Below, piece after piece: positions 26,166 to 39,058 of a DNA stretch of 64,000 nucleotides; position 1 is the stretch's first letter, and the number at the start of each line of letters is the position of its first letter. The translations under genes and the position numbers were made by a program. The notes under the pieces are model-generated. The model saw only the letters and a list, made by a program, of their open reading frames with translations. It was not told the origin of the DNA and ran no database searches. Origin of the DNA: Octopus sinensis (lineage: Eukaryota); the NCBI RefSeq assembly GCF_006345805.1, contig NC_043000.1, forward strand, positions 32,798,001 to 32,862,000, given 5' to 3'.

Positions 26166-28198
26166 ACCAAAACCTTTGGCATTTTGTCATACTTGAGAAG
26201 AAGACCCATCAAGCCAAGTAAAATCGCAGTCATGACAGATACTGTTGTCATGCAATTGGCAGCCCATGTCGGTGACACATAAAAGCACTCGTTACACTCT
26301 CAGAGTGGTTGGCATTAGGAAGGGCATCCAGCCATAGAAAACCATGCCAAATCAGACTGGAGTTTGGTGCAGCCTTCCAGCTTGCCAGCCCAGGTCAAAC
26401 CACCCAACCTATGCCAGCAAGGACAGTGGACGTTAAATGATGTTGATGACCATGGAAAGTTAAAAGGCAAAGTCAACCATGATGGGTTTTGCCTTCCAAA
26501 CATGATGAATTGAGAGAAATACTGCAAAGTATTTTGTCTGATGTTTGAACTATTCTGCCAGTGTCTTGTCTTTATAATGATAATAATAATAATCATTCTT
26601 TCTACTATAGGCACAAGGCTTGGAATTTGAGGGGAGGGGGATAGTCAATCACATCGACCCCAGTGCGTAACTGGTACTTAATTTACCTACCCTGAAAGGA
26701 TGAAAGGCAAAGTCAACCTTGGCAGAATTTGAACTCAGAACATAGTGACGGATGAAATACTGCTAAGCATTTCGTCCAGTGTTCTAATGATTCTGCCAGC
26801 ACACCACTATAATAAGAATAATGCTACTGAAACCAATTTTTAAAATAATGTAAGATATTGTATTCTCAGAAGGGTCAAAGCTCCACCAAATAATTCCAAC
26901 AATGTTAGACATTCTGGTTAAAACTGACCCTAGGTTAAAGGGTCAAATTTTAGTACGGACACAAGGTCATTAAATGCAGGGGAGGGAGTAAGTGGATTAC
27001 ATCAATGCCAGAGGAATTTGAAATCTGAACATAAAAATAGATGAAATGCTTAGCAGAATTTCGTCAAGCTTGCTAACAATTCTGCCTTTTGAATTCGCCT
27101 TTCATTCTTGTGGGGGTCGATAAATTAAGTACCTGTCAAGTACTGGGGTCAATGTGATCGTCTATCCCCCTCCCCACCAATTCCAGGTCTTGTGTCTATA
27201 GTAAAATGTATTATTATTATTGATTGATACAAGTGTGAAGATAGAACACCCAAGAGAAATCAGCATTGCTTGGAACTGCAAGAATTCTTGGCAGGGTTCT
27301 TGAAGCATGACCAGTAAAACAAGTGTCACCTCAGTTTGCTTGCTGTGGACAGCTGACACTTTCCATCATAACCAACAAAATAAGCTGAGATTACAATATC
27401 TTACATTATTTTAAAAATTGGTTTCAATAGCATGATTCTTATAGCGGCCAGCTGGCAGAATCGTTAGCAGTATTTCATCTATTTTTATGTTCTGATTTCA
27501 TATTCTTCTGGCATTGATGTAATCCATTTACTCCCTTCCCTACATTTATTGGTCTTGTGTCTGTACCAAAATTTGAAACTTATTATTTTATTGTAGAAAG
27601 AATTTTTAAGACTGACAAGGGAAATAACTCTGAATTCTTAGCTGAACAAATTTGCACTTTTATTTTGATTAAACTACCAGCGTTTTCAGAGCACAGCCTT
27701 TGAACGCTGTTCATCTGCTTTAGCATCTGTGACCGACACCCACTCCCACTCTGTTTGTTGTTTTACTCTTCTTTCTCCTAGAATGACCGATGAGACACGC
27801 ATTGTATTTCATTATAGGTAAGATATAATCTGTATGTCGTTGGGAAAGCAGAAAATATGGACACAAAACTCATCTCCCCTCAACCCATGCTTAATTTCAA
27901 TTGAGTTCTTTATTTTGAATATTTGCTATTTTGAGTTATGTCACTTGCTGTGATTAAACTTAAGCAAGGGAAGAGATGGAGTCCCTATGTGACATAATTA
28001 TGTGTGGGAAAACACTGACATCCAGAAAAGGTCTCAATAAAAAGAATCAAGTTAGAAATCCGTTTTGTTTTCTGAATGGAAGTTTCTTCCACTCAAAAGC
28101 TGAGTAGAAATATTTGAGTGAAAGATTCTTATCTCAACATTCATCCTTGACAAACATTAAATGTAACGAGATCCTAACGAATGCATGAAATTACTTAC

Positions 28199-28338
28199 AC
28201 CACAAGAGTCTTTGCCACCATTAATGTAGCCACCACACAACATGCCGGCACTGAATCCAAAAGCATATTTTTCACACATTGTATTGTTCCATATTGGAAT
28301 TCTGACTTTATGGAGGTATCTCTGGACATTACCAGCTT
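28199..28338 (-). CDS. S1A serine protease, coding exon 6
   Basis: CTCTCTCAG acceptor (phase 1) and GTAAGT donor (phase 0). Encodes (E)AGNVQRYLHKVRIP...MLCGGYINGGKDSCG. Confidence 0.95.
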
Positions 28339-29390
28339 CTGAGAGAGAAAAATAAAAATTCATTGTGTAATTTTATTTTATTTAGCAATAATGATTGATA
28401 TAAACAAATATAAATTCTAACCAAAGCTGGCAGTTCTCTGAGTGGTCAATGAACATGGTTTCAGGGTCAGCAGCTAATGAAGTTTAATGATGCAGTAACA
28501 CGTGTCATATGGCTTATGATATGATGATGTGCTTTTCACATTATCCAGAAGGAGAATTCCTCTCACAAAATAGTTTGGAATCAATGTACACACCTGTATT
28601 TTAATCAATCCCGGCTTTGTGTGCCCTTAATTCTATCTTAACACTTTCACAAACCAGCAAATTATTTGCTACTTAAAGAGCCAGCCTGGTGGGGAGGGAG
28701 GGCTGTTGGGGTCCCCAGCAGGACAGAAACAACAATGGCCAAAAGAACTGGCAACACCAGCACCTGTCTCACAATAACGTGTGCACTGAGAAATTCTAGG
28801 TTAGTCTCTGGCATTCTGTATGAGTGCTGATGGTAGTAAGACGTTCTTTAGCTTCTGTTAAAGGATGCCATCTCTGAAAGAAAGCGTTACTGCGTTCTTA
28901 GCTACACTGGTGTTTGTACTGGATGGCTTGCCTGGGTTTGGCAATCAAACAGGAAGAAGGGTATCTTCAAGTATAAACTTTCATTATCTGAGAGTTATGT
29001 ATGTAGAGGGAGTTAACCCCATCAGTAAACTGGGTTAGAAGAGACCTCTGGGCCCATTGAGTCTCTTCATCCTGAACAGAGGCTCAAGATGCAAGGAAGG
29101 GGTGCTGTTTGAGGTCCTTGACTTTCAACTGCAACAATGAGAAGAATCATTCATTTACTGTTGTTTCCAGCATTGAGACTTTCCACCTTGAGGTGCCTAC
29201 TTGGAACTAGTTGAACTCAGAATAGAGGGTGTTGGTCATATTACAGTGCAGCTGACAATATCTGATCTTCCAGTTCCTTAGCTCCTTGTCTGGTATTCTT
29301 TGAGCTCATCCATCCATAGATCCCATCAACATAAACAACAACAACCATCATCATCATCATCAACAGGCAAGTAAATATAATGTAGCTCAC

Positions 29391-29528
29391 CTGCATCTTT
29401 TCCCCATCCAGTAACGAAACAGTTTTCAGTGTTTGAGAGGGGAAATTCCATGACAGGGAGACACACTGGATTGATGCATGTCGACAGCAAGATTTTTTCC
29501 GACAGAGTTAGAACTGCAATGTCACTGA
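29391..29528 (-). CDS. S1A serine protease, coding exon 5 (catalytic Asp102)
   Basis: TTTCAG acceptor and GTGAG donor, phase 1-1. Encodes (V)SDIAVLTLSEKILLSTCINPVCLP...CFVTGWGKDA. Confidence 0.93.
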
Positions 29529-30234
29529 CTGAAACCAAAAGAAATTGAGACATTCGTGGTCAACAGAGAGACAGAGAGAAAGGCCAAGGACGCAGACAGA
29601 CTGAAAGGTTCATGACAGACTGGCAGATAGAAAGGTTCATGACAGACTACTTTCTCAGATGAACGACACACACAAAGCACATTCAGTTCTGACATACCAC
29701 CTCCACAGATGTGCCCTGTTTCTATTACTAGCAACTCGTAGCAGTTGTCAACAATTACATGTAGTGAAGAATATTGTATACCAAAGGCAAATGAAAGTAC
29801 AGTAAATAAATCATTTTAACTATGAATCGATGTCATTTATTTGTTTACTTCAAAGGCAATCACATACCTGTCGCATTTGTTCACCTTAACACATACTGAT
29901 ACACACTTAACTACATTGATGCGAGCAGATGGCTTCCAGAGGAGAAGAGTAGCCATCTGCTCGTGATACCAGAGGGTGCACACTCTCCTACCCTGATGTA
30001 ATCTCCAGGGATACAGGCATTCAGCAACAGGACCTCCGTAATGCTATGATGGACCATGAAGTCTGGTATAATTCCATTGTCTCAACCACGGTCGAACAAT
30101 GAAGATGATGACAGTGATGCTGTCTGAGATACATTTAGTCATTCCAGAACTATTTTACCAAAGTGATTGAGTTTAGCTGGTTTAGAACTTATGTATATTA
30201 TATATTGTGCCTACACACACACAGGAACAAAAAG

Positions 30235-30600
30235 TTCTTGGCAATATATAGTGGAGCATATTAGTAATTATTTTATGAAACATCTTAACGAACATTTTGA
30301 TAACACCTCATTATGTCAAACATTGTACTGCCACCTTATCACCTCCTGGTTCACTAGACCTCAAGCCATTGGACAATTACGTACAGGATGTAGTTAAGAG
30401 GGAGGTCAATCAACCTCCCCGCCCACCTCATAACATCATACAACTGCTCAAGTCCAGTGTAACCATCACTATGTCCAAAATTGATAAAGATATCATTGTG
30501 TGTCAGCACTTGCAACACTATTGAAACAGCTGTTGGTGCTAACAGTGGATTCATTGAAAAGGTGTGATAAAAGGATTCTTAAAATAGGTACAAATAACTT
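30235..30600 (+). mobile_element. Tc1/mariner transposase 3' fragment
   Basis: Translates as PPGSLDLKPLDNYVQDVVKREVNQPP.HN, resembling the WPPxSPDLNPLDYxVW motif. Confidence 0.6.
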
Positions 30601-30880
30601 GCTTTTAAATACAGTTTTCTTTGATGGACTATACATTATTTTCTAAATTCACACAATGTTGCATTCTCTGTCTGTCTCTCTCTACATACACACACATATA
30701 TAATTCCAATAATGAGCCAATAATTCAGGAGTGAATATTTGTGAAGATATTATTAACTCTGTTATTATCTAGGGTAATATAAATAAATTGATTATAACAG
30801 AATTAATAATATAGGCGATTGCAAGCCCAAAAAGCATTAAATAGTTGAAGGATTAAAATTTATATCAATCAAAGAACATA

Positions 30881-31146
30881 CTGAGTATGTTTACCTGCTG
30901 GAAATAACAGTCAAAACTCATATTTAAACTGCTGAAAAAATAACACTGATAATAACTACAGAAATCAACCATTCGCTTTATATTTTCTAGAAAATATATT
31001 AGCTGGATGCTATACAGGTATGTTGAATGATTTTCTTGACCCGTTTGTCTTTGGACAGTTGATTTCTGTAGTTATTATCAGTGTTATTTTTTCAGCAGTT
31101 TGAATAAGAGTTTTGACTGTTATTTCCAGCATGTACATATACTCAG
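30881..31146. mobile_element. Tc1/mariner-type MITE with about 90-bp TIRs
   Basis: CTGAGTATGT...AATAACAGTCAAAACTC arms are inverted and flanked by TA. Confidence 0.75.
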
Positions 31147-31284
31147 TATGCCCTTTGATTAATACACACACACACATACGTATAATTGTGCTGTAACATA
31201 ATGAACAGGTGTTTTAAACTTGCCATGAAATGTTTTAAAGTGTAGTCTGTTATGTTACTGTGCAATTTATGAGTGTGCATGTCA

Positions 31285-31832
31285 TCATCATCGTTTAACG
31301 TCCACTTTCCATGCTGGCATGGGTTGGACGGATTGATTGAGGACTGGCAAGCCAGGAAACTGCACCAGGCTCCAATCTGATCTGGCAAAGTTTCTACAGC
31401 TGGATGCCCTTCCTAATGCCAACCACTCAGAGAGTGTAGTGGTTGCTTTTTATGTGCCACTGGCATGGGGATTAGTCAGGCTGCACTGGCATCAACCACG
31501 CTCGACTGGTGCTTTTTACGTGCATATATATATAAAGAAATCGAAATCGATAAAAAATCAATGGAAATTGCAGTTGTGATACTAGTGCCGGTGGCACATA
31601 AAAAGCACCAACCGATTGTGGCTGTTGCCAGCCTCGCCTGGCACCTGTGCTGGAGGCACGTAAAAAGCACCCACTACACTCATGGAGTGGTTGGCGTTAG
31701 GAAGGGCATCCAGCTGTAGAAACACTGCCAGATCAGACTGGGCCTGGTGCAGCCTCCTGGCTTCCCAGACCCCAGTCGAACCGTCCAACCCATGCCAGCA
31801 TGGAAAGCAGACATTAAACGATGATGATGATA
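31285..31832. mobile_element. Inverted (head-to-head) pair of RTE 3' UTR copies
   Basis: A minus copy at about 31285-31520 and a plus copy at about 31570-31832. Confidence 0.8.
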
Positions 31833-32104
31833 TATATATATATATATATATATGGCAGGTTTGTTTTTTTCAGTTTCCATCTACAAGGCTTTGGTATAAC
31901 TGGAGCAATAGAAGACACTTTCCCAGGGTGTTTTGCAGTATGGCTAGACCCTAAACTGTGTGACTGAGGAGCAAACTTTGTTACCACACACCCATATTTG
32001 CACTTTACATTTAATAACACTATAGCCAAGTATTTACACTTCTAGAACCTTCTGAGACACAAGGGTAGAGATTATAAAAAGAGAACTGTAACAAAATAAC
32101 TTAC

Positions 32105-32229
32105 CTATATGATACTGGCGGTCCTTATAGGAGGGGTTGATTTTCACTGCTGATACATAGACCCTTCTTATAAACTCTTTGTCGTTTGTTCCCAGTGACA
32201 CAAATATTTCACCTGGTTGTCTGTTCTCT
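32105..32229 (-). CDS. S1A serine protease, coding exon 4
   Basis: GTCTCAG acceptor (phase 2) and GTAAGT donor (phase 1). Encodes (V)ENRQPGEIFVSLGTNDKEFIRRVYVSAVKINPSYKDRQYHI and bridges the His57 and Asp102 exons in frame. Confidence 0.88.
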
Positions 32230-34439
32230 CTGAGACATAATGGCAAATAAGTTTACTAATAATATTTTATTATTAAAATTTTATTAAAATATTTTTATAT
32301 ATTCTGTGAAGTGGCAGAACCATTGGTATGCTGGACAAAATATTTAGTGCCATTCTTTTGGTCTCTATGTTCTGAGTTCAAATTCTATGAAGGCTGACTC
32401 CACCTTTCTTCTCAAGGTCAATAAAATAAGTACCAGTTGAGCACTGGGACCAGTTTAATTGGATAGCCTCCTCCCTCAACATTTCTGGCCTCGTGCCTTT
32501 AGTCAAAATACATTATTATTATTATTATTATTATTATGAAGAATTTGTCAAACTGACAGAATCCCTTCCACAGCAGACAAAATTCTTAGCAGCATTTATT
32601 TGGATTTTTTTCTTTTCTAACTTAGGTTCAACATTGACGATTATGAAGGAAGGGATTTAATTTATACCATTGACCCCAACACTTGATTGGAACTTTATTT
32701 TATGAACCTTTAAAAGGAGGAAAGGTGAAGTTGACCATGGCAGGATTTGAACTCGGATTGTAAAGATTCAGAACAAGTAGTATAGACCATTTTGTTTGGC
32801 ATTCTAATGATTCAGTTGCTCCACCAATTATTTCTCATATTTGATAATGAATGTTTTCCCGTTTATTAATAATGTTTGTTTCTAGTACAGGCACAAATCT
32901 GAAATTTGGTGGGAGACCCCGAGTTGATGAAATCAACCCTAGTACTTTATTCTATTGGTACTTGACTGTTATTGTACTTTATTTTACTAACCATGAAGAA
33001 ATGAAAGGCAAAAAATAATTTGGATGGAGTGTGTACTCGGCTATTTGTTTTTGTCAAAGCCATCTTGTAGAAGAGGAAAACTATTTGATCATCTTTTCTG
33101 AAGAAAAAGTTGGTGGGTGGAGTCAGCAGGCTTCACGCCCACAGGTAATAACAACTGTTAAAACTATTACCTGTAATAACAGCTGTACAACCCAAATCTA
33201 TAAACTAGCAATTCATGAGCTGGTGAAGAACCTATGTAGTCATTCAACTTGCTAGAAATAACAGCTTTCTGTCATCTAAAAATAAAGGAACCACAGAGTT
33301 GGTGATATAGTCCCAGAAAATAATACTGAATGGTCATAGTAGGAAGGTCTTTGGTCATAGATCTACTTAATCAGCTGTGATTTACAAGTATTGGATGGAA
33401 GCTTGGAAGTCATTTTATTAATCATCACATCTCAGGTACATCTTCATCAATTGCACTGCTAAGTCCTTCAAAATGATTTCAAACTGGTTGCTAAGGTGTT
33501 TTAGAAAATATCCGTCAGACTAGCATGTAGGTTTTACATTAAAAGAAAAAAAAAAAAAGAAAAACATGTTCTTTAAAGCTATCATCATCATCGTTTAGCG
33601 TCCGTTTTCCATGCTAGCATGGGTTGGACGGTTCAACTGGGGTCTGTGAAGCCGGAAGGCTTCATCAGGCCTAGTCAGATCTGGCAGTGTTTCTACGGCT
33701 GGATACCCTTCCTAACGCCAACCACTCCGTGAGTGTAGTGGGTGCTTTTTACGTGCCACCCGCACAGGTGCCAGACAGAGCTGGCAAACGGCCACGAACG
33801 GATGGTGCTTTTTATGTGCCACCGGCACGGGGGCGAGGCGAGACTGGCAACGGACACGAACGGATGGTGCTTTTTACGTGCCACCGGCACGAGCCCAGTC
33901 GGGGCGGTGCTGGCAACGGTCACGAACGGATGGTTCTCTTACATGCCACCGGCACAGGTAAGACTTCAAAATATATTCCTTTTGAATTCCTCAACCTATA
34001 TCTTTAAAATCAAGAGAAGACAGTTGAAGAAATGAAGACAGTGGGAAACATTCAAGAATTTCGACTTAGACAATTGTCAAAGAAAACTGAATGCAGTGCA
34101 GTTTTCTTTCTCAATTGCATACACACACACAATTGATGCATAAATACCAAAGAATAAATCCATGGTAATCAAGTACTCAACAACAGGACATTAAACTCCA
34201 GCATGTTTAATCCTTTAGCATTTAATCCGGCCATATCTGGCCAAAATATTCTACTTATTTTATGAGAAAACTGACCAGATCCAACATCTCCCACCTACCC
34301 TACAATGGCATTCTAAAAATATACAAATACACACTTGAAATCTTGGAGCTACAAGATAATGCATGATTAGTTCTAAACAATGGGAATAAATAACTGGGAA
34401 GATAGTTTTTGTATGTGGCAAATGCACAGGGGCAATAAA

Positions 34440-35270
34440 CACTGAAAATGTGCAGAAAACAGCTTCTAGAGAGAAAAACTAGAAGTAGTTGATAGCTTCC
34501 GTTACCTAGGTGACCAAGTCAGTGGTGGGGGTTGACACTCTGAGAGTGTAGCTGCTAGAATAAGAATAGCCTGGGCAAAGTTCAGAGAGCTCCTACATCT
34601 GCTGGTGACAAAGAGCCTCTCGCTCAGAGTAAAAGGTAGACTGTATGATGCATGTGTGTGAACAGCCATGCTACATGGCAGTGAAACATGGGCTGTGACT
34701 GCTGAGGACATGCGTAATCTCACAAGGAATGAAGCCAGTATGCTGCACTGGGTGTGTAATGTCAGTGTGCATAAAAGACAGACTGTAAGTGCCCTGAGAG
34801 AAAAGTTGGACTTAAGAGGCATCAGATGTGGTGTGCAAGAGAGATGACAATACTGGTATGGTCAGGTGTTGTGTTTGGATGAAGACAGCTGTGTGAAAAA
34901 GTGTCACACCCTAACAGTGGAGGGAACCTGTGGAAGAAGTAGACCCAAGAAAACCTGGGGTGAAGTGGTGAAACATGACTTTTGAACATTGGGCCTCACC
35001 AAGACGATGACAAGTGACCGAGACCTTTGGAGATATGCTGTGCTTGAAAAGACCCGACAAGCCAAGTGAGACTGTAACCGTGTCCTGTGCCAGTGAGCAT
35101 AACCAGCCCATTTAAGAGTACCCTTCAATCATTGGGTAATAAACTGCGCTTGTGAAGACCTGTTGAAACAAGTGAAATCATTGTCATGGCTGATGACTAC
35201 CGCTTGATTGGCACCCATACCAGTGGCACATAAAAAGCACCATTTGAGCATGGTCAATGCCAGTTTTGTC
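34440..35270 (+). mobile_element. RTE-clade LINE ORF C-terminus and 3' UTR
   Basis: Translates as FRYLGDQV...RIRIAWAKFRELL...AMLHGSETWAV...GRSRPKKTW. Similar copies lie at 20690-21130 and 39655-40582. Confidence 0.85.
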
Positions 35271-37640
35271 GGTATGTACAGAGAAGTCCCATAGAATCGA
35301 CACATTTTCTCCCTCAGTCACAGCTTCAGGATGGTGTTTATACCATTTGTCAGCGGTTTTGATTTTATAATGCCAACATATTGTCCAGTGTAAATACTGG
35401 CCGACTCTGTCATGTCTTGCTTTATATTCTACAGGTGCTAAGACTCTACACCCTGAGATTAGGTGGTCAATAGTTTCAATCTCATTGTTACAGAATCGGC
35501 ATTTTGGGTCAGCTCCATTTTTCATCACATTGGCTTGGTAGTTCCGGGTTAATAAGCTTCACTTTCCGCTTTTAGCCCTGAGCTTTGTAACCATTGGTGC
35601 GTGTGTTTCTGGTCGACATCTGCTTGTTTGCTACGGGCCACATATTTGCCATGCAGAGGTTTCTGTTCCATCTGCTAGCTAATTTTTCATGTGCTTTTGT
35701 CTTTGCAATTACTTTTATTTTCTTTGCAGCAGCAGTTGGCGCATTTCCTTCAACCTGATCAATCTGGTAGGTATCTAAGAGATCAGTAGCAAAATTTTTG
35801 CTTTCTTTGAGAATAGAGTGAAGTTTTTTTGGTCTTTCATGTTTTTCAACAAGTTTTAGCATCCAATCGTTGGTTGCTTCAAGGTATTTGGCCAGTCTGT
35901 TTGTGGTGGTTTTGTATGTAAGTTCAAGCTGGATCAAACCTCGATCTCCCTGAGCTCTGGGAAGGTAAAGACGATCCACATCTGCCTTTGGATGGTGCAT
36001 CTTATTACAAGTCACTAGCTTGCGGATTTTTCTGTCAATTTTCATTATTTCACTTGTTAAGCACATAAAGAACAACTGGGACTGCTAAGGAATTTATGGC
36101 TAACACCTTATTATATGCATTCAGCTCAGACTTCAGGACTGCTCGAACTCTTCTATAACATTCCTTCCTAACCTTCTCTTTCATGCTTGCATGCTGGATA
36201 CCAAAGCTTTCATTTATTCTTAGGTATTTATAGGTTTGTTCCTGCTCAAGTTCCTTTATTACTGTTTCAACATCTAATTTGATTGAACTTGACTTTACCA
36301 ATTTCCCTTTCTTAAAAGTGGCTTTGGCACACTTTTCAAGGCCAAACTCCATCCTGATATCATCACTGAATCCTTTCACAGTATGTAGTAGTTCTTTAAG
36401 CTCTTCATCATTTTTGCCATATAGCTTTAAATCATCCATATAAAATAGATGGCTTATTTTACTGTTGTCAATTTTGTAGCCATACCCTGTTCTATTCAGT
36501 TCACTTGAGAGTGGTATTAGTGCTATGCAGAAAATTAGTGGTGAAAATGCCACAGTTTATGCTAATATTGTTTGAGCGCAATACTCCATTAGAATGATAT
36601 AATTGGAGCTTTGTGTTCCATAGTGACATATTATACTTTAAAAAATCTGATATCACAGGAGAAATTTTGAAAATATCCAACGATTTCAGAATCCACAAAT
36701 ACGGTATGCTGTCAAAGGCTTTTTTTATAATCAATCCATGAAGAGCTGAGATTTCTGCGCTTGTCATGGCAGTTCTCAAGGATCATGCAATGAATTAGGA
36801 GCTGATCTTTGCATCCGTATGAGCCTCATCTGCATCCTTTTTGTTTAGTGGGAAAGAGGTTATTCTCTTCCATAAACGTATGTTTTCTCCACTAGAATAG
36901 ATGTCAAGATCTTATAGGTAGTAGATAAACATGTTATAGGCCGATAGTTTTTTGGGTCTTTCGTTTTGTTATTTTTGGGGAGGAGGTAAGTAATACCATT
37001 TGCCATCCAATGTTGTGTTTTTTTCGGGTCTTTCATAATACTATTAAATAGTATTACTAACATTTTGTGTGCGGACGAGAGTGATGAGAGCCAGAAATTT
37101 GGTACTCTATCAATACCAGGGGATTTCCACTTATGAGCCTTCGTTAGTGCCCTCCTTAGGTTGGCGATTGAGATGTCTTCCCATACCTGTCCTTGTAGAT
37201 TTTTTGTAGGCATCTTGGGTGCGTTTGATCAACTCTGCATTTTCATTGTATGTTTTCTCATCACTCCAGATCTCTTTCCAAAAGTTTTCAACTTCTTCCA
37301 TTACGGCTGGATTCTCAATGGTTATTTTTTTCTTTCCCTATTTCCCTGTAAAATGATTTGGCATTGGATTTGAACATCTTATTTTGCTTGTAGCATTTGA
37401 TTCTTTTCTCAAACCTGCGTATTCTGTGAGCTTTTGCTTGAACTTTTTGTTTAAGTGTTTCTTTCACTGACATTAGTTCTTCTCTTGTTGAGCGTCCATA
37501 TTTTCTTATAATCTTCCTGCCTTTTCTTGATCTTACATCATTTCCAGAGATTAGCTCAGTTAATATTGATATCTCCCTTCGCAATGATTCAATTTCAGTT
37601 TCAATTCTACTCCTCCAGTTTGATTTTTTTTTTGAATTTG
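35270..37640 (-). mobile_element. Dong/R4-clade LINE, long frameshifted remnant (RT plus Zn knuckle)
   Basis: Broken ORFs include KNYRPITCLSTTYKILTSI, KAFDSIP, ISHLFYMDDLKLY and CRFCNNEIETIDHLISGC...RHDRV. Confidence 0.9.
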
Positions 37641-38461
37641 GTACTTTTATTATTATTATTATATTATTATTATTATAATCATCATCATTGTTATTATTCA
37701 TGTACACAAACAAATTCATATCCTACGAAACAGTGGTTCCCAACCTGTGGTCCATGAACCCCTGGTGGTCTGCAAAGGTAGTACTGAGGGTCCATGAGCA
37801 TGTTAAGCTGACAGACCTTTCAATATCCTGGGGTCCGTGGGAAAACTCATTTAAATAAAAGGGATCCTTGGTAGTGAAAAGGTTGGGACCTACAGTTCTA
37901 GAGCTTAAGTTATTTATTTTCTAAATGAAGTTAATCTATTTTAATTATTTTGGGAAGTGACTGCTCAATCAGCTTTTAGGGTTCATTCAATGGGTTGGTA
38001 ATCATGAATACTTATAAGGCAATGAGCTGGCAGAATCGTTAGCACACTGGGTAAAATGCTTAGCAGTATTTCGTCTCCTGTTACATTCTGAGTTCAAATT
38101 CCACCGAGGTCAACTTTGCCTTTCATCTTTTCAGGGTCAATAAATTAAGTACCAGTCAAGTACTGGGGTTGATCTAATTGACTGCCCCCTCCACCAAAAT
38201 TTCGGGCCTTGTGCCTAGAGTAGAAAAGCCTCCTGAATACTTATAAACTACTGCATTGTTCTAAATGCTCAAAACTGTCGGCTGGTGGATTCTGTGAAAC
38301 TCTGAGTAACATTTTTTGCAAAGTCTTTCCAGCTTCAAGAGTATTATTGTTTTACACAGGTGTGCTCACACGTGTGTGTGTGTGCATAGGTATGGTGATG
38401 TAAACCGAAAAGTAGAATTCAAAACAAGAGCATATGTATTTATTATTATTATTATTATTGT

Positions 38462-38614
38462 TGTTGTATTAAGGAATGGTCATTTTGCCAGTTTAGCCAA
38501 TAAAAACACATGCACTATATATTTGGTGTTACTTTGCTTCAGCGTTATTTATTTTTTACATTAATCTTATTTTTATTGGCTAAACTGGCAAAATGACCAT
38601 TCCTAAATACAACA
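38462..38614. mobile_element. Short palindromic MITE
   Basis: About 45-bp TIRs (TGTTGTATTAAGGAATGGTCATTTTGCCAGTTTAGCCAATAAAAA) with 1 mismatch. Confidence 0.75.
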
Positions 38615-38688
38615 TCTGTTTTGACATACAATTTCAAATCAAAAATCTTGCCAAACAAATATATAAGCGTAAATTATTATTAATAATA

Positions 38689-38811
38689 ATCAGTAGAAGT
38701 TACAGAGTGGCTCAAGAACCAATAGTTTTGTGCATTGGCATTTACCATTTTGCTAAGTGCCAATGCACAAAACTCTTGGCTCTTGGGTGCCACTCTGTAA
38801 CTTCTGCTGAT
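38689..38811. mobile_element. 123-bp hairpin MITE
   Basis: Near-complete palindrome (ATCAGTAGAAGTTACAGAGTGGC ... GCCACTCTGTAACTTCTGCTGAT) flanked by TA. Confidence 0.7.
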
Positions 38812-38874
38812 TATTAATAAAAAACATATGCACACACACACAAACACACACATAAAGTAATTTAATTTACTTAC

Positions 38875-39058
38875 ACACAATGGGCAGCTGTAATTATATG
38901 CCGGTTATCAATTAAAGATCCTCCACATATTTGATTCCTACTTTTGATAAAAGCCATCCATGGAAATTCACAGTCTTTTGCTTCTCTTCCTCCAATTATG
39001 TACGCCATAATGTTGGATGAGAAATTTGGACTTTCTCTTCTGATCCCACATATTTTGT
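38875..39058 (-). CDS. S1A serine protease, coding exon 3 (activation site and catalytic His57)
   Basis: TTCTTCAACAG acceptor (phase 1) and GTAAGT donor (phase 2). Encodes (Y)KICGIRRESPNFSSNIMAYIIGGREAKDCEFPWMAFIKSRNQICGGSLIDNRHIITAAHC. Confidence 0.95.

Noticed and set aside
28600-29330. Possible extra protease exon in this intron
   Set aside because: Exons 5 and 6 already join in frame, and the segment looks like a decayed LINE with stops in all frames I read.
29524-29528. Alternative acceptor 4 nt downstream (TCAG|TGAC) for protease exon 5
   Set aside because: It is phase 2, but upstream exon 4 ends in phase 1. Only the 29528 start keeps the frame.
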